Part shown: positions 38,401 to 52,126 of the stretch, one piece after another
Position numbering within the stretch: position 1 is the stretch's first letter
Layout of the letters: every line of letters starts with the position of its first letter
NCBI GenBank assembly: GCA_973895155.1
Contig: OZ316894.1
Coordinates: 16,848,216 to 16,912,215, forward strand
From: Marsupella aquatica
Lineage: Eukaryota > Plantae > Marchantiophyta
Reading direction: 5' to 3'
DNA length: 64,000 bases
Notes under the pieces: generated by a model
The model's input: only the letters and a program-made list of their open reading frames with translations
The model's database searches: none
Told to the model about the DNA's origin: nothing
Position numbers and translations under genes: made by a program

Positions 38401-39664
38401 CTAAGCAAATGCAGACTCAGATATTTGCCATGCTCCCCAACCACTTCACTAGTATCTATTCTATCTAATCTGAAGCTTTGGTGATGTATCCAAGGAAAGG
38501 AATTTCCCTTCAAATAATGTGATATTGTGAAATATGATCATCTAAGATTTCTTTAACTTGAAGGTTGTAATACAAGTCAAGTCACTAGTAAGGTGACTCA
38601 GAGGGTTGAGTGTGCAATAGTTTATTCTCTGGACTGACTGCAAACTATGGTGTACATGGCATGGTTTCAGTTTTTTTCTTGGATCCAATTTTCTCATATG
38701 CTAGTGGCCCCTTAAACCTTTATCTATGGTATCTTTAAGTTTGTCTGCCAAATTACAGGCCTCAACATATCGTATTCTCCCACATGTCCATTTTTATGAT
38801 TAGCTAAAGATGATGAGGGCATGCTGCCAGCATTAGGATATATCTTAACTAATAAAATGCAATGCAATCTAGTGAGGCCTCTAGACTGTAATTCTCAATT
38901 GGAAAAAAACTGAAAAGCGAGGGTGGACCAAAAAGAGGAATGGGAGAAAACATTAACAAAACTGACATTGACTCTATATTATGACAAAACTAAGAGTGAT
39001 TCTCAATAAAGACAGAATAGAAGTGAGGGTGAAAAAATAGGGATGGAGGCAAAGATGAACAAGAGCATCTTTATGCTACAATATTTTTTTTGGTCTTCAT
39101 CTCTATTTACATTCAAAGAACGGGTAATCGGGCTAGTTTGTAGAATTTCAAACATGCATTTGTAGCCAATCATACCACTCCATATATAGATTGGGCGGAC
39201 AAATTGAGGTGCGGCCTCCTAATCTATGGCAATTAAACAACCTAAAAGTATGGTAAAGTTTGTACATACGCCTCCTACCGTAAACATGTTGAAGTACTGC
39301 CAACTTTTGTATTTCATAGCAAGATAGGCTCACCATTATCATAATCATTAAACGGGGTGTGGTCCAATATGATGCTGCTTGTTGGGTGTTATGCTCTGGT
39401 TAATTTGGTTAGGTATTTTATAGATATCACATGCGAGGTTGACAGGAATTGAAATATTTAGTTTAGGGTTTATTTTCTAAATTTTAATGTATATTTGACT
39501 TTATAGAAAGTAGATAATTAAAATAATAATTCATTTTGTAAGATATGTACTCATAAGCTAGAGTTACTCTATAACCATAATTAGTCTAATCATAATTAGA
39601 TATTTGATCAAGATTAGACATGCTGGAGCCTTAATATATAGACAAGCAGAAGTTAGCTAGCAAA

Positions 39665-39756
39665 ATAGATGAATGCTACTTAGTATATACACTAGGTGGA
39701 GTTCATTTGTGAATGAATCTTCCTGATTGTGTATATACTAAGTAGCATATATCTAT
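39665..39756. repeat. ~92-nt fold-back inverted repeat
   Basis: TGCTACTTAGTATATACAC pairs perfectly with GTGTATATACTAAGTAGCA, with further inner and outer pairing. Confidence 0.85.
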
Positions 39757-39811
39757 GATATTATAGTAGTAATGGGCCAAATTGTGGGTACACCAATATC
39801 AGATGAAGTAA

Positions 39812-40700
39812 TTGCATCGTCCCTAGTTTGTTTCATTTCCAACACCCTCCCTTGAGCAACACTCTCACTTCACAAGATATTCCTTGCATTGTTTCTAGTT
39901 TGGTTCATTTCCAACACCCTCCCTTGAGCCCTACACTCATTTTAAGAGGAGATTCTTAATCTTTGGCTCTGGTAACATGTTAGAAGTTTGAACAACATGG
40001 ACCAACCATGAATGTGAACCTATGACCTTGGCTTGAGTGTGGTTTATTTTCAACACTTGCTTCAAAAGAGATTCCTTGCATTGTCTCTAGTTTGGTTCAT
40101 TTCCAACACCCTCCCTTGAGCCCTACACTTGTTTGAAGAGGAGATTCTTAATCTTTGGCTCTGGTAACATGTTAGAAGTTTGAACAACATGGACCAACTA
40201 TGAATGTGAACCTATGACCTCGGCTTGAGTGTGGTTTATTTCCAACACTCTCGCTTCAAGAGAGATTCCTTGCATCGTCCCTAGTTTGGTTCATTTTTAG
40301 CACCCTCCCTTGAGCAACTTTCTTGCTTCAAAAGAGATACCTTGCATTGTCTCTAGTTTGGTTCATTTCCAACACCCTCCCTTAAGCCACACTCATTTGA
40401 AGAGGAGATTCTTAACCTTTAGCTCTGGTAACATGTTGGAAGTTTGAACAACATGGACCAACTAAGAATTGAACCTATGATCTAGTGTGTGCATGATAGT
40501 GCTCTACCGCTGAACTCGAGGCCCTTCATGCCTGCAATGCCCCTGGTTTGAGCGTGGTTTATTTGGAACAGCGAGGAACAGGTTGCATTGTGTGCATTGT
40601 CTCTGCTTTGAGTATGGTTTATTTCCAACAGAGAGGAACAGGTTGCAGTGTGTGCAGTGTCTCTGCTTTGAGTGTGGTTTGTTTCCGACAGAGAGGAACA
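39812..40700 (-). mobile_element. Tandem array of TRIM-like miniature LTR retroelements
   Basis: On the minus strand: PPT AAGGGAGGG + TGTTGGAA repeated, and PBS-like TGTTACCAGAGC three times (39965-39977, 40157-40169, 40421-40433) abutting LTR ends. Internal regions are ~60 bp; 60-bp tandem units follow at 40535-40700. Confidence 0.7.
40454..40524 (-). other. tRNA-like (pol III A/B box) sequence inside the TRIM-like LTR
   Basis: GGGCCTCGAGTTCAGCGGTAGAGC...GGTTCAATTCTTAGTTGGTCCA, 71 nt, with a D-arm/A box, T-loop/B box and partial acceptor stem. The anticodon arm is poor. Confidence 0.65.
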
Positions 40701-41541
40701 CGTTTCTGCCGAAGAATGAAGTTTTAGCATCAGGAGTTGTCTCACATTGTATACCAAGCTGACTGAGAATAATTTGTTTAACTTCACTCTGGTTCTACGT
40801 TGTCTCATCAACCTTGGTAGATTTTGACATCGTTCAGCTGAGATTTGCTCTAAAGTAGTAGCCAAGGTCCTGAAGAGTGAATCGCGATGCATATTGAAAA
40901 AGCAAAATGAAGTTCATCTCTGTGCTCTTTTGATGGTACCATCATCGTTTTGTACATATATATCAAATCATCAATCTCAACAGTACTACAGTTCACAATT
41001 ACTTCAATGCAAAGTGCTTTGACTTGCTGATGATTGCGTAGCAGAGTTTATTTTCCCTCCTACCAAGGAGGACAACCCAATCTCTTAGCTGGTCCATGGA
41101 ATGGAAGTAGGTCTTTGCTGCCTCCGAACGTCAGCTACGTTTCTACAGTTCGCAATGTTGTTTGATTTTCTACTTGTGATCATAATTGAAACGAAGTCTT
41201 CTGGCAATGTGTCTAAGCCCCTTGTGGTATGAATCTAGAATTCGTACGATTACCATTCTAGCTTCATTCAGCCGAGTCTTTCCTAGCTGCAATAAAAACC
41301 TCTACTTCTGTTACATACTAGAAGCAATGCCCCACTACTTTGACCAGAGATGCTCCTACGTTCAACCAGGTAAGCATATTTTCGGTCAGTTTCCGAACCG
41401 GCAACTTTCATTTCCAGAATTGCTGAAGAGGTCAATTTCGTCAAAACCAGTGACTAGTTGGTACTCAATTAAGCTTGAGTGGCTTTTTTATATTTTCAGA
41501 AACCATGGACTAATCTATCGCCGGATGGTAGCATGTTTAGT

Positions 41542-42774
41542 CTAATACATGTACATAGCAAAAGCACCTGCTACGCAGAACACGGAGTCATTGGCAAACG
41601 AATCATGTGCATAGTTGTCAGTATTGGGATCCCAGAAGCAGCGACATGACATCTGAAAACCTTGGCCTCGCTGCTCCCCAACCACTGCTTGCACCACCAG
41701 CTTGTACCTATCTAATTCCATATCTGGCCCACACACCCATTCTAACATAATGTGAGAAACTGCCAGTTTCGTAGAGATAACTCTGGAATTCAAAGAAGCA
41801 TAGCAGAGAACATATTCTACTGTTAATGGAAGACCAGGAAATGTCCTTTTACACTAGGAACACTAAGCTACCATCCGCACTGAATTCTCTTCGTTGTGAA
41901 GGGCTGGGCATACTGAGAGAAGGATCAGAGGCAGCGGGCAAGACTCGTTTGCAGACTCAAACTTGTGCTCAAAAGACTGCTTGTAATTGTGGTGGAAGAA
42001 ATCAAGGCGACCTTCTGGAGCTTCTGCGATGGCAAGGTATCCGGATGTACCGCACCTTTCAAACGAGCTTTGATGGTGTCCGTGATCTCCCGAACCCACA
42101 TCGGTGCAGAGTCAGGATCATACGTAGTCCCTGTCAGCTTCTCGCGGAGAACTGCACCGATAACTTCTTTGGCTTTTCCGGGGAAGAACCGACATTTTGG
42201 CGCATAAGGCACATCAGTATGCACAATCACCTATGAATCATCCAAAACACGCACTCCGGACTTGTCAGCAAGATCAAATAGCGGCTTCACAAAACAGATC
42301 TAAGAGATGTTTTGCATACTTCCAAAGTACACTGGATGTGGAGGCAAGTAGAAATTCACGGCGGTGGAGCTGAAAATTATCACTACTGTTCAAATTGCGT
42401 TGAACCGTGACTCATTCTCGATCTCAAAAACGAAGTGGCGAATATGGACTGACGTCTCAGAATTTTGAACAATTGAGTTGAAATTTCTGGAAATGACTTG
42501 TACCATCAGCTCATCTTCTTCAGAGTATGGCTTTTACTTCAAAGAAAATTCAATATTCTGACCCGAGACTTTTTGCAAATTTGAGCTTGTGATCAGACGG
42601 ATATCGAAGATTGTCCACGCTAGAAATAGATTGGGCAGGCACCCGAGCGTGTGGGGCGAGGTCTTCTGGTTTGGGATCCACTGAGCTTGAATTTTCTTGC
42701 GTTTCATGTATCGCGTCCAACTTTGGAGCAACAGGAGTACTGGCCTGCGGATTCTCCGAGGCTGTCAAGCTCAT
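41542..42774 (-). CDS. TCTEX1D2: Tctex-1 family dynein light chain, TCTEX1D2/Tctex2b-like; exons 41542-41723, 42056-42230 and uncertain 5' exon(s) within 42504-42774
   Basis: F.PGKAKEVIGAVLREKL.G.TYD...ITDTIKARLK|DMELDRYKLVVQAVVGEQRGQG..MSCRCFWDPNTDNYA..SFANDSVFCV. A GT-AG intron joins the two exons in frame. Confidence 0.85.
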
Positions 42775-44591
42775 CTTGCATTACCTGCCAACTCCTACCT
42801 TGTTGAATTCCTGCTGGTCTATCTGCCACACAAACTCCTGCAACCTCCAAATCCCCCTGTCAATCGTTTATCTGATTGGGACTGAAGATGCGTTTATGAA
42901 TGTATGGTAAGATTAGCTACGTCAATCTTGCATACCATTGGTTGATCCACCAGTGTCTCCTCTAGAGGACAAGGGCGTATTGGGATTTTTCAATTCGTCA
43001 AAAATCACAATCCCGAATTCTTGCCAGTAGACCCGTAATCAGGACAACACCTCTATGCACTAGAGTGGCCATTCATTCCAGGTAAATTGAGGGAGGGGGC
43101 CAAGCGTATTCAATTATCATTTGCACGGGTGGATGAACTCTCACATCGTCAAGCTCGCTTTAATTTTTCCCGTCATTCTGTGTCTAATTCTCTGATATCG
43201 GTGCCTTCAGCGGTTCAAAACTGCCCTTCTATAAATTTATGGTCACTAAGACGGCCCCGAAATCTGTCAGTGTGAGGCAAAATCCGCCACACTTCCCTTT
43301 CAACTCTATTATGCATAATAGGTCGAGCCAATCAGTACCAGGACAATCAGCCTCAGAAAGATCAATAACTCATGTATTCTGCAGGATCTTAACGGAAATA
43401 GAAGTTTGTGCAATTCGTTTTCTCTTTCACTCAATCTTCGTGAACTTTCTAACACGAAAGATACAAGACACAAGGTCAAATTCTTCCGTATAATCGATTA
43501 GATTATGTCCTTCCACGTTACCTTCCATGTGCTGCTAGTGGGCACGAGAGAAGAGGGGAAGGGAGTGGGAGTGAGAACCTCAGAACTCAATTCACCAATA
43601 AACAGATTCTGCGATATCAGATGACCGGTTGCTTTGGAGTATCTCATCACCCACCTCGTTCAATGTCGAAGTTGTAATTGATTAGCATACATGACTGTAT
43701 CAGAACCATCAGGTGATCAGTATTTCATCTGAAGAGTGAACTAGCGATTCCCTCCACCGCAAAATTACCTTCGTAATGTGATACTTCCCGCCTTCTAAAT
43801 GAGGACATGGAAAAATCAGGGCTGATTACGGTATACATGCTCAACTCAAACACCAACTATACAAGAACGCTAGGTCAATTACATGAGTCTCACCACCAGC
43901 GCGAATCACGTAAGAGAAGAGTTTGGCCACTCTGTAGAATGTTTGACTCGTTGCTTTCGGTTTGTCCGTCTGAACTGTTTTCTCTATCGTTTGGCGTCAC
44001 TTGAGTGGTTAATTGGCCACCCAAATTTGCAATCCTTCCATTAAATACAGAGTGGAAAGAAATCCACATGAAGTACAAAGCAGGACTCACTGGTAGAAAG
44101 GAATCAGATCATAACTGTCTTTTAATGCCCTCCACACATACACGGAAAGAACTTTGTGCTGATTTCTGTCTCTAAGGGAATTTAATCTGTGCAGATTTAA
44201 CAGTTAATGGTCTAGCGAAAAGACCGGCAAACTCACTCAGCTACCCCTGAAGAACCTCCTTCCTAGAGAGAATTCCCGCTGTTAAACCTCATTCAATCAA
44301 GAGGCTCGCAACACTACCTGTACAAGTATGAACAGAGGATTGGACTGGACTGCACTGGACTGGATTGGATTGGATGGGCTTCCTGGATGCCCTACTCTTT
44401 CACCATCATCCAAAATTTAAGCCCTCCCCTAAACGGTCGGACCCAAAACTGCTCTTCATTCGATCAGCAGAGGATCGATTCGATCAGCCCCCTGATGCCA
44501 TTCGTACACATCCAATTGTGAATTCTATCGTAGTCTAAAAAATAAATTTAGGCGAAAAACCCTAACCTAATGATCTAGAGCGTTCATACTA

Positions 44592-45065
44592 CTACTCTTC
44601 GCTCGGTTGGAGACACTTCTCGACCATTTCCACAAGATGGGGGTTCTCTAGAGCAGCTGCCACCCTCTCCTTGTCATTCAGCTGCTTGTTGACGGCTGGC
44701 TCCGAGGAATGCGATCCTGGAGCAACCCGGATGTCGACCTTGAAGCGCTGCGGCAGGGAGCGTAGCAATTTGACCCTTATACACAGCCCGATCACAGTTG
44801 CCATGCTGCAATGTTGGACAGTCGGCGTGAACGTGACCGTAACATGACTCCTCTTGTCGTCGACGTCGATGGAATCCTCAGAGACCACATTCAGCTGCTC
44901 CAGCGAGTATGGATGCTCTGGATCTGTGATGTCCCTCACGTGCTCGAAGATTTCCTCCGCGTCAAATCTATCAACACTGCTCTCATCGGCGTTGTCCACT
45001 CTGGTTGGCCGCACTTTGGTTTGGTGGATCACAGGATTCGCATTGATCAAGGCCGCAGGTGCCAT
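44592..45065 (-). CDS. AE7: MIP18/CIA2/FAM96B family cytosolic Fe-S assembly protein (AE7-like), single exon, 157 aa
   Basis: [65 protein letters not shown]. Confidence 0.95.
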   Translation of the reverse strand: MAPAALINANPVIHQTKVRPTRVDNADESSVDRFDAEEIFEHVRDITDPEHPYSLEQLNVVSEDSIDVDDKRSHVTVTFTPTVQHCSMATVIGLCIRVKLLRSLPQRFKVDIRVAPGSHSSEPAVNKQLNDKERVAAALENPHLVEMVEKCLQPSEE

Positions 45066-45399
45066 CTTCGCTCGCTTGTGGAAAGCAATTCGTAGCTTTT
45101 TCCCAACCCACTACTCTTACAATCTCCAAATCCTTCAAAATCACTCACCCACTTTACTCACCCACTTTCCCTCCAGTGAGTTGATTCCAAGGTAGTACCG
45201 GAAATACTCGGCCGCAAGAGTACTGAAGAATTGTGAACTTCTGGGATGTCCAATACAGCGTTTTTTGTTTAGTGGCGGATATTTGCCCGGAAACGACAGG
45301 TAGAGTAGCCTAGGCATATGAGAATGGGGATAAGCAACTAGCCTAACAATTTTGGGCAGAAGGAAAACTAGCTGTACGATTTTTGATACAAGGTTTATA

Positions 45400-46864
45400 A
45401 TGGAGTGATGTATAATTTGTTGTCAGCAGTTCAACAAAATAGGTTTGCCATCAAGCTTCTGGATAGCAGAGAAAGCAGATTTGCCTTCACTTCCATATGG
45501 ATTTGGATCTAACCATGCAAAGATTAACAGCAGCGACCTGGCCGGGTGGTATTCCACTTCACGCAGCATCAATGCGAGACATGAGGAGACTTTTTCCTCC
45601 CACCTAGCTTTTTGATTCCTGATGGTTGAGACTCTGGGCTACCTACTACAATTATTCAGATCCCCTAAATCCTTCTTTTTGGAGAAAAGCATGCCATTCA
45701 GATGGAGTAGTCAAGGAATCTAACCTTCTTTGCCAGAAGATTGACAATGCTAATACCACCTATAAATGGTGTTTTCTATGGCCCCTAGTTCTGATAGCCA
45801 GATTTGGTGTAATGTATGGACGAAAGATGTACAGGAATGAGCCTACAAATGCTTTGAACATGCACAACCCCCAAAATTGTAGCGATCAATTCTACAGTTG
45901 TCCACAGCACAAGCTACGTGCAATCCATCAACTGCTCATTCAAAGTCTAGGTGGGAAACTTTCCAATCAATTAAGATTCTTGGAAGACTGGTGGGAGCTA
46001 CTACGGAGCACTGCACTCTGGGACATCTGACTACAAAGTCATCAAGCTGTATTCTGAACCCAACACCATTGATTCTCTAAAGACTACAACAGTTGAATCT
46101 CGAAGAGCGTAGACTGTTACATTTAAATCCCCTGGACAAATACTGCAGCACAAGCTAAAAGCAACTGATCCTCATAACGTGCAATAGCTAAAGCTGAAGT
46201 TTCATCAAAAGTGAGGCACACTAGCTTTGGGCTCTCAGAACTCACAAATTGAATGGGAGCTCCACACTTTTCAAGGTTGTTAGGGACAACTTCTGCTCTG
46301 TTTCCGCTCGTCCAGTTCTCCTGCACTTTGCTTTCCTGGCTCAACTTTTTTCAGGCGTTCACTGTTCCAGTTTTCGTGTCCTGCGTGATTAGGGCTTACT
46401 CATTGTTGCCTGCCATTCTCAGTAAGCACTGCAATGAGACACAACTGCCTTTCAGGCGAAGCTCACTCAGAACCTGCCAACTCCACAAAGAGCATGTAGA
46501 GCTGGATTTCAATCGACAGTTAGGAGGTGGCAAACAGGCAGGGCTTTATGTAAGCTTCAACACTCCCTTGAAATCAGGAGAAGCTGCTATAGTGCTATCG
46601 GTGGGTCAGGAGTCAGGACCCTCTCAATCATCGTCATCACTGCGATTGTGTCACTAGTGTGTTGTTGACCTGTGTGGTATATTGGCCTTTGTTTGGCAGT
46701 TGTGGGCTCCCTCTGTTTGGCTTATGTGGATGAGGTGGTTTCTGTGGGTACCTTTTGGCTTTGTGGCCGCGGCTTTATGCTTTCTTTTTCCTCCCTAGAC
46801 TGCGGCCACTTGTATTTTGTTACCGGTGCGCAATAAATTTACCTTCTGACTTTTAGAAAGAAAA
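45400..46864 (+). mobile_element. Possible decayed LINE 3' fragment
   Basis: Broken Trp-rich reading frames ending in a small hairpin (GTGGCCGC...GCGGCCAC), AATAAA and an A-rich tail. No RT motif was recognised. Confidence 0.3.
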
Positions 46865-49800
46865 GAGTAGCGGTCTTGTTCGTTAGCAGCTTGAATCCAC
46901 TGGAGGAGTCAGAAAGAGGTGTCAGAAAATTCTTGCTCTCGCAGACATTCTGATGAGTGGGCAATATTTGACAGAAAATTCTAGTTCGCAGCTAGAACAC
47001 CAGGGAGAATTCGATTGCCTTGGAAATCAACTTTAAGTGAAAAAGGTGACTGCATGATCAGGGAGACTTCTGTTGGCATGTTGTTTCTACAGGCATCTTG
47101 TGGATTGATCTTTCAGCAGGCTTTAGAGGGCAGAAAAGAAAAACAGGGAAAGATTTTAGAAGAATTTGGTCCTTTCTACCTGACCCTACTTTATCTTTTA
47201 TTGAAAAGGTTAATTGTTTAATCCAGGGGAAGGCTTTGGACGATGATTGTTTTGGTAAGATAAATGGAGGAATCTGTTGAGTCATTTTGTACACTGATAC
47301 CCAGGTTATCTAAAGCAGCCAGCATGATTGTACGTTACAGGAGCTTTTTCTTTGAATGATTGCCTTAGCCTTCACAATGTTGACGTGGGAGGCTGAGACA
47401 ACTATTTTATCTTGGAGTCGAGACGAAACGAGAATTTCAGTCCCGCCCATTCACAAGATTCTTTTCAGATGGAACAGTGTTGTGAAGCACGAGTTCAAAG
47501 TGGAAAGTTCTCATCGAAAAGTTCGTAAAGAGAAAAACTATTTCACAGATTGAGTTCCATCACCAGTAGGGGGCTTATTCCAGCAAAGGCTAATCGCTCA
47601 GCAGTTCAAAATGACGATGGATGACATGTTTGGTGAGAAAGCAATGCTTTTCAATTTCAAAGAGGAAAAATGATGTGTGTGAGAGAGGGGAAGACCGATG
47701 TGTGAATGCTAGTGGCATTATCGTGCAGCATAACTTTGAAGCTGTCCCTAGGGAAAGATTCAGAAGGCGGACCATGTAATTCACGTTCGGATTCTCCTTG
47801 TCATCCATGCCGCCCAACGTTAGAGAGAGAAAACATGAGAAGGGAATGGATACGGATCACAATAGCATGAAGTGGAAGTGACAACTATGTATGAATCTGC
47901 TCTCTCTCAACCGTAACAGAGTCCAACTGTTGAGAAATGTCGTTAAGATCAAGGCTTAGGATCCGAAGCTCTGTGTACACCTCGTTAATGCTTGGCCTTG
48001 AATGGGATTGGACGTCAAGAAATTTCATAACCAGCCTTCCTACGTTCTAGACTTACTGTAGGTCTCTTTCAGATTAGTGGGAGCGCAAAATTCACCGAAC
48101 TAGTTCCTGAGGTACGCTCCAGCAAAACCACGCAGAAGCTATACACGTTCCTTTTTATCAGTCAACAGGTAGAACGTATAGTACTTAGAATCAATACAGC
48201 CAACGGTGCCCTGGACTACAACTGTTCTGACTTGAGTCGTGTGTGAATTCAGCAGGAACCGACTTCAAGATTCCATAATCTGTCATTTTTAGTACTAAAG
48301 TCGTGGTCTAACAGTGTTGGCAGATTTCACAATTCCGTGAACTAATCAGAACCGTAATGGTCGAATGAAGGTCCCAATGAAGGGAGGCAAGTGCACTGAC
48401 AGTTTGCATCGAAATGTTGAAGTCAAACGGGAGCCCCCAATTGTTCCTTGAAGATTGCTCTTGCAGCGCACCATTGGAAGCAGATTGTGTCACTATTAGG
48501 GTGCGGAGAGACTACTAATTGTTCTTCCCCATTTCCGTTCAAGATTCGATTCGAAGATGTGCATGGCAATCTACAGTAGTTCTCCATGCAGCAACCCCAA
48601 GAGCCTCCCGAGATCACGGTCACCCAACTTGAACAAGATACTCACCTGCTTTAAAGAGTTGTTCCTTCTCCTTTTCAGATCCCAAGCGCTTTCTTCACTT
48701 CATAGCCAAGTCCAAGTAAAAAATCTCGATCGAAAGCTAGCCTGATCCCTTGCGCTCTCTTCACTTCACAGCCAAGTCCAAGTAAATAATCTCGATTGAA
48801 AGCTAGCCTACTGTCTAGAGTGAACCTCTAGACCAACCTTATTATTTAAAATATGGAAATTCATCAAATTTGCCACTTTCGGGACAAAGGAGAAGAAAAC
48901 AAACCTTTCAAATTAGGCTCTTGTTAACCCAGCACGAGGGCAGACCAAAGCGTAGGTCACGACTCACAACATCGTCTCCTTAGTCGTCATGATGCTGGCC
49001 TGCAGTTATGGTTACCGACGACGCGAGACTGTTTGATTTGGCAATTGGGCCAGGGGAGGCTCGGGAGGGGCAATCATGGTGTGGAGTCCATTCGGGGCAG
49101 GACGCAATTCTCTGTTGAGAGCAAAGAAAACATGGCAGATCACCGTAGTGATGGGCAGGTATGGCAGCCAAGCTGCTGCTGCGAATCAAGTCCAATCATG
49201 CCATGCTCAGCGCCTACTCAGCTTTCTCATTTCCCCCAAGGCCCAAATCGCCCCTTAGCGTTTGCGAAACCATCTGGCACTAAGCACATCTGGATTATCT
49301 GGAGCTCTGTAAGGTCTGGCTTTGTTTTTCTACTGAATCAAAGGTCGGGACCTCAAGGGCCAGAAATTGTGAGTACACAAATACTACTGTCTTCCCTTGT
49401 TGGAATATGGTCAAAACAATAACTTTAGGCAAAAAAGACGTATTTAAACACAGCCCACAGCCCCATATTAACAGAGTACGTGCCCGAGAGCAGTGTTCGA
49501 AATTGACTTTGTGTTCAAAAATGTGCACAAGTGACTATAGGAGAAAGGTAACCGGGTTGCAACTACAATACGTTACTTAAAATCATCCGACACATCCGCT
49601 CTTTCAACTTCCAAAATCCATCGTCCTTTGAGAAATGTAAGCTAATTTCAAAATCCTTCATTCTCGAAGAAGTGTGTGCTGTTTCCTAAATGTTAAGCAA
49701 TTCGGAAGTATCGATATATTCTTCTGGTGTGTGACCTTTCAATGGACTTTCACATCAACCTCTGAGTGATGCCACGGCGTCTTGTCAAAGAAACCCATAG

Positions 49801-50290
49801 TGCCTACATGCATAATTAGGTCTGACGACTCACTTTCCATATATTCAATTTTCCATTGCCCTCAAGATCCAGGCACTCCAATAGAAACAAAGCAGTCTCA
49901 CAAACATTCCAAACTGCATGAAGAAAGATTAAATAATAGAAACGAACAAATTGGCCACAATAAACCAAACAACTGTGAAAAGTGGACGAATATGTTTTAC
50001 TAAGTGATAATAGTACACTTAGTACGTATGGTTTGTCAGGTTTTGTTTTCTATGGGTTGGCTTGGTTTACTTAGTATATTTGATTTCTCCCCTTGTGTAA
50101 TTTCAGTGGTTCAACTATTTAGCTACACATCCTTTGACCTGAGCAACTATTGTTGGGAAGTCAAAAAACCTAAACTTGAACACACTCCTCTCTAATACAC
50201 ATAACTTCTATGCCTATCATTCCTACTTACACCCTACATGCATCTCACAATGCCAAAATTCAAGCACATTACCTTAAATTTGAACACAAT

Positions 50291-50418
50291 CCCAAACACA
50301 GCGCCCTGGGCGCTATATTCGACTTCAAACTCGAACACAGTGCCCTGGGCGCTACATTCGAATAGAGGGCCCCTTGGTTCATTATTCAAATATAGCGCCC
50401 AAGCCTTGTGTTCGGGGG
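50291..50418. repeat. Small MITE-like inverted repeat with an internal duplication
   Basis: AACACAG.GCCCTGGGCGCTA.ATTCGA twice, then inverted TCAAATATAGCGCCCAAGCCTTGTGTTCGGG. Confidence 0.55.
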
Positions 50419-51739
50419 AAGACAGTAGTTATACTAGCCTGATTACCGGTTGTTTGAACTGAAATAGAGATGAAGGCCCATGTCTTTGGGATTACACAAA
50501 TACTATGAAATAGAGATGAAAGGCCCATGTACGTCTTTGGGATTACACAAATACTAATACTAGCGTGATTACTGGTTCTTTGAACTTAAAAAGAAATGAA
50601 GACACCAAAAAAAACTTGCATAAGAAAGATAGTGTTGTTAATCTTTGCCTCCATCCCTTTTTTTTCACCCTCACTTTTATGTTGTCTTTATTGAGTCACT
50701 CTTAATTTTTTTTCTTTTGTTAATCTTTGTTCCCGTTCCTTTTTTGGGGTCCACTCTCACTTTTCAGTTGTGTCCTATTGAGAGTTACATTCTAGAGGCT
50801 TCCCTCTAGCCAGTAGCCCTTGAAAATAGCTTTGCGTTGGGCTTTATTAGTAAGATTGTAGTTGGGCCTGGCACTGTCCCAAAACAGGAGAGGGTTTTGG
50901 GATATAATTGTCGCTCACTGATATGCTGGCATCTGTGAAGTTGAGGGGCTGCATTCTCCAAGACCTATACATGCAAGTTGGGCCTAAGTCCTTTCAGGCA
51001 CGGCCGAGCTTTGAGATGCCCTATAAAGGGTTTCTGAGAATTGGTATATTGCCACCCATTTTGGCAAAATTACACACTTGCCACCTTTGTGGTTTAATTA
51101 GAGCTTTGAGACGCCCCATTACAGATTTCTGAGATTTAGTATATTCTTGCTCCTTTTAGGCAGAATTACAAACTTGCCACCTTTTTGGTTTGATTAGTAG
51201 ATTGTCACTCGTTTTGCTTACAATTTAAGTTAGCCAAGTACAATTAACCTGAGATAATCCATGGGCTGAGGTTGCATGATCCGTCTACACTGATTTAAGA
51301 TTAACTTACACTTCTTTTTTCTGACTGGTTCAGGGCTTGCTCTCTGGTTTATTCCCATAGCACAAGTTTGCAGCATGGTAGTTGAGGACGAGGTGGATAG
51401 TGCATGGAGGCTTATATGGCAAGCTTATGCTAAACTGTTGTGGTCTGTAGTGACCTTTTTTTTAGAGTCTCTTTGGGCCCCAAAGTCAGTTTCAGAAATA
51501 TTCTACGCATTAGAAATCTTACACCACAAAATTATTTTGCCAGTCATATCCAATATTTGAATAATAGTCTATTTTTGTGCAAACTGGGATGGCACTTGTG
51601 TTGTACTAATAGTAGTGAGTAGACAAACATAGTCTAATTTTCATAATTTTCAAGTACCAAAGAAATTATTGCCTATACCTTAATTTGCAAGTACGTCATG
51701 AATGATAAAATTTGATCATGAATGAATTTAATATAAATA

Positions 51740-52126
51740 GGTTGGCCTGAGCTTATCCTCACTGCACTGGGTGCATATACAAAGGAAATTGCTGTAATTT
51801 CAGGGACTGCTGTAATATTTAATATTCAGGGACTAGATGGGTGACCTGCACTTATTCATGGTTAATAAGAAGAAGTTGTAATATTAAGGGACTACTGTAC
51901 ATGGTTGGCCCGCACCTATCCTCACTGCACCGGGTGCATGTACAAAGGAAATTGTTCTAATATGGAGGGACTACATGGGTTGACCTGCACATATCCTGAC
52001 TGCACTTATCCACGGTTCGATGTAATATTGGACGACTACTGTACACGGTTGGCCTGCAATTATTGGGGGACTACACGGTTGGCCTGCACTTATCCTGACT
52101 GCACTTATGCACTTATCCACGGTTCA
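51740..52126 (+). repeat. Degenerate tandem repeats (GGTTGGCCTGCACTTATCC core)
   Basis: The core recurs about six times. Confidence 0.75.

Noticed and set aside
36650-39360. Possible decayed DNA transposon (Cys/His-rich fragments)
   Set aside because: No diagnostic motif, TIR or TSD could be established by eye.
40454-40524. Functional tRNA gene
   Set aside because: The anticodon and T stems pair poorly, there is no downstream poly-T terminator, and it is embedded in a repeat unit.
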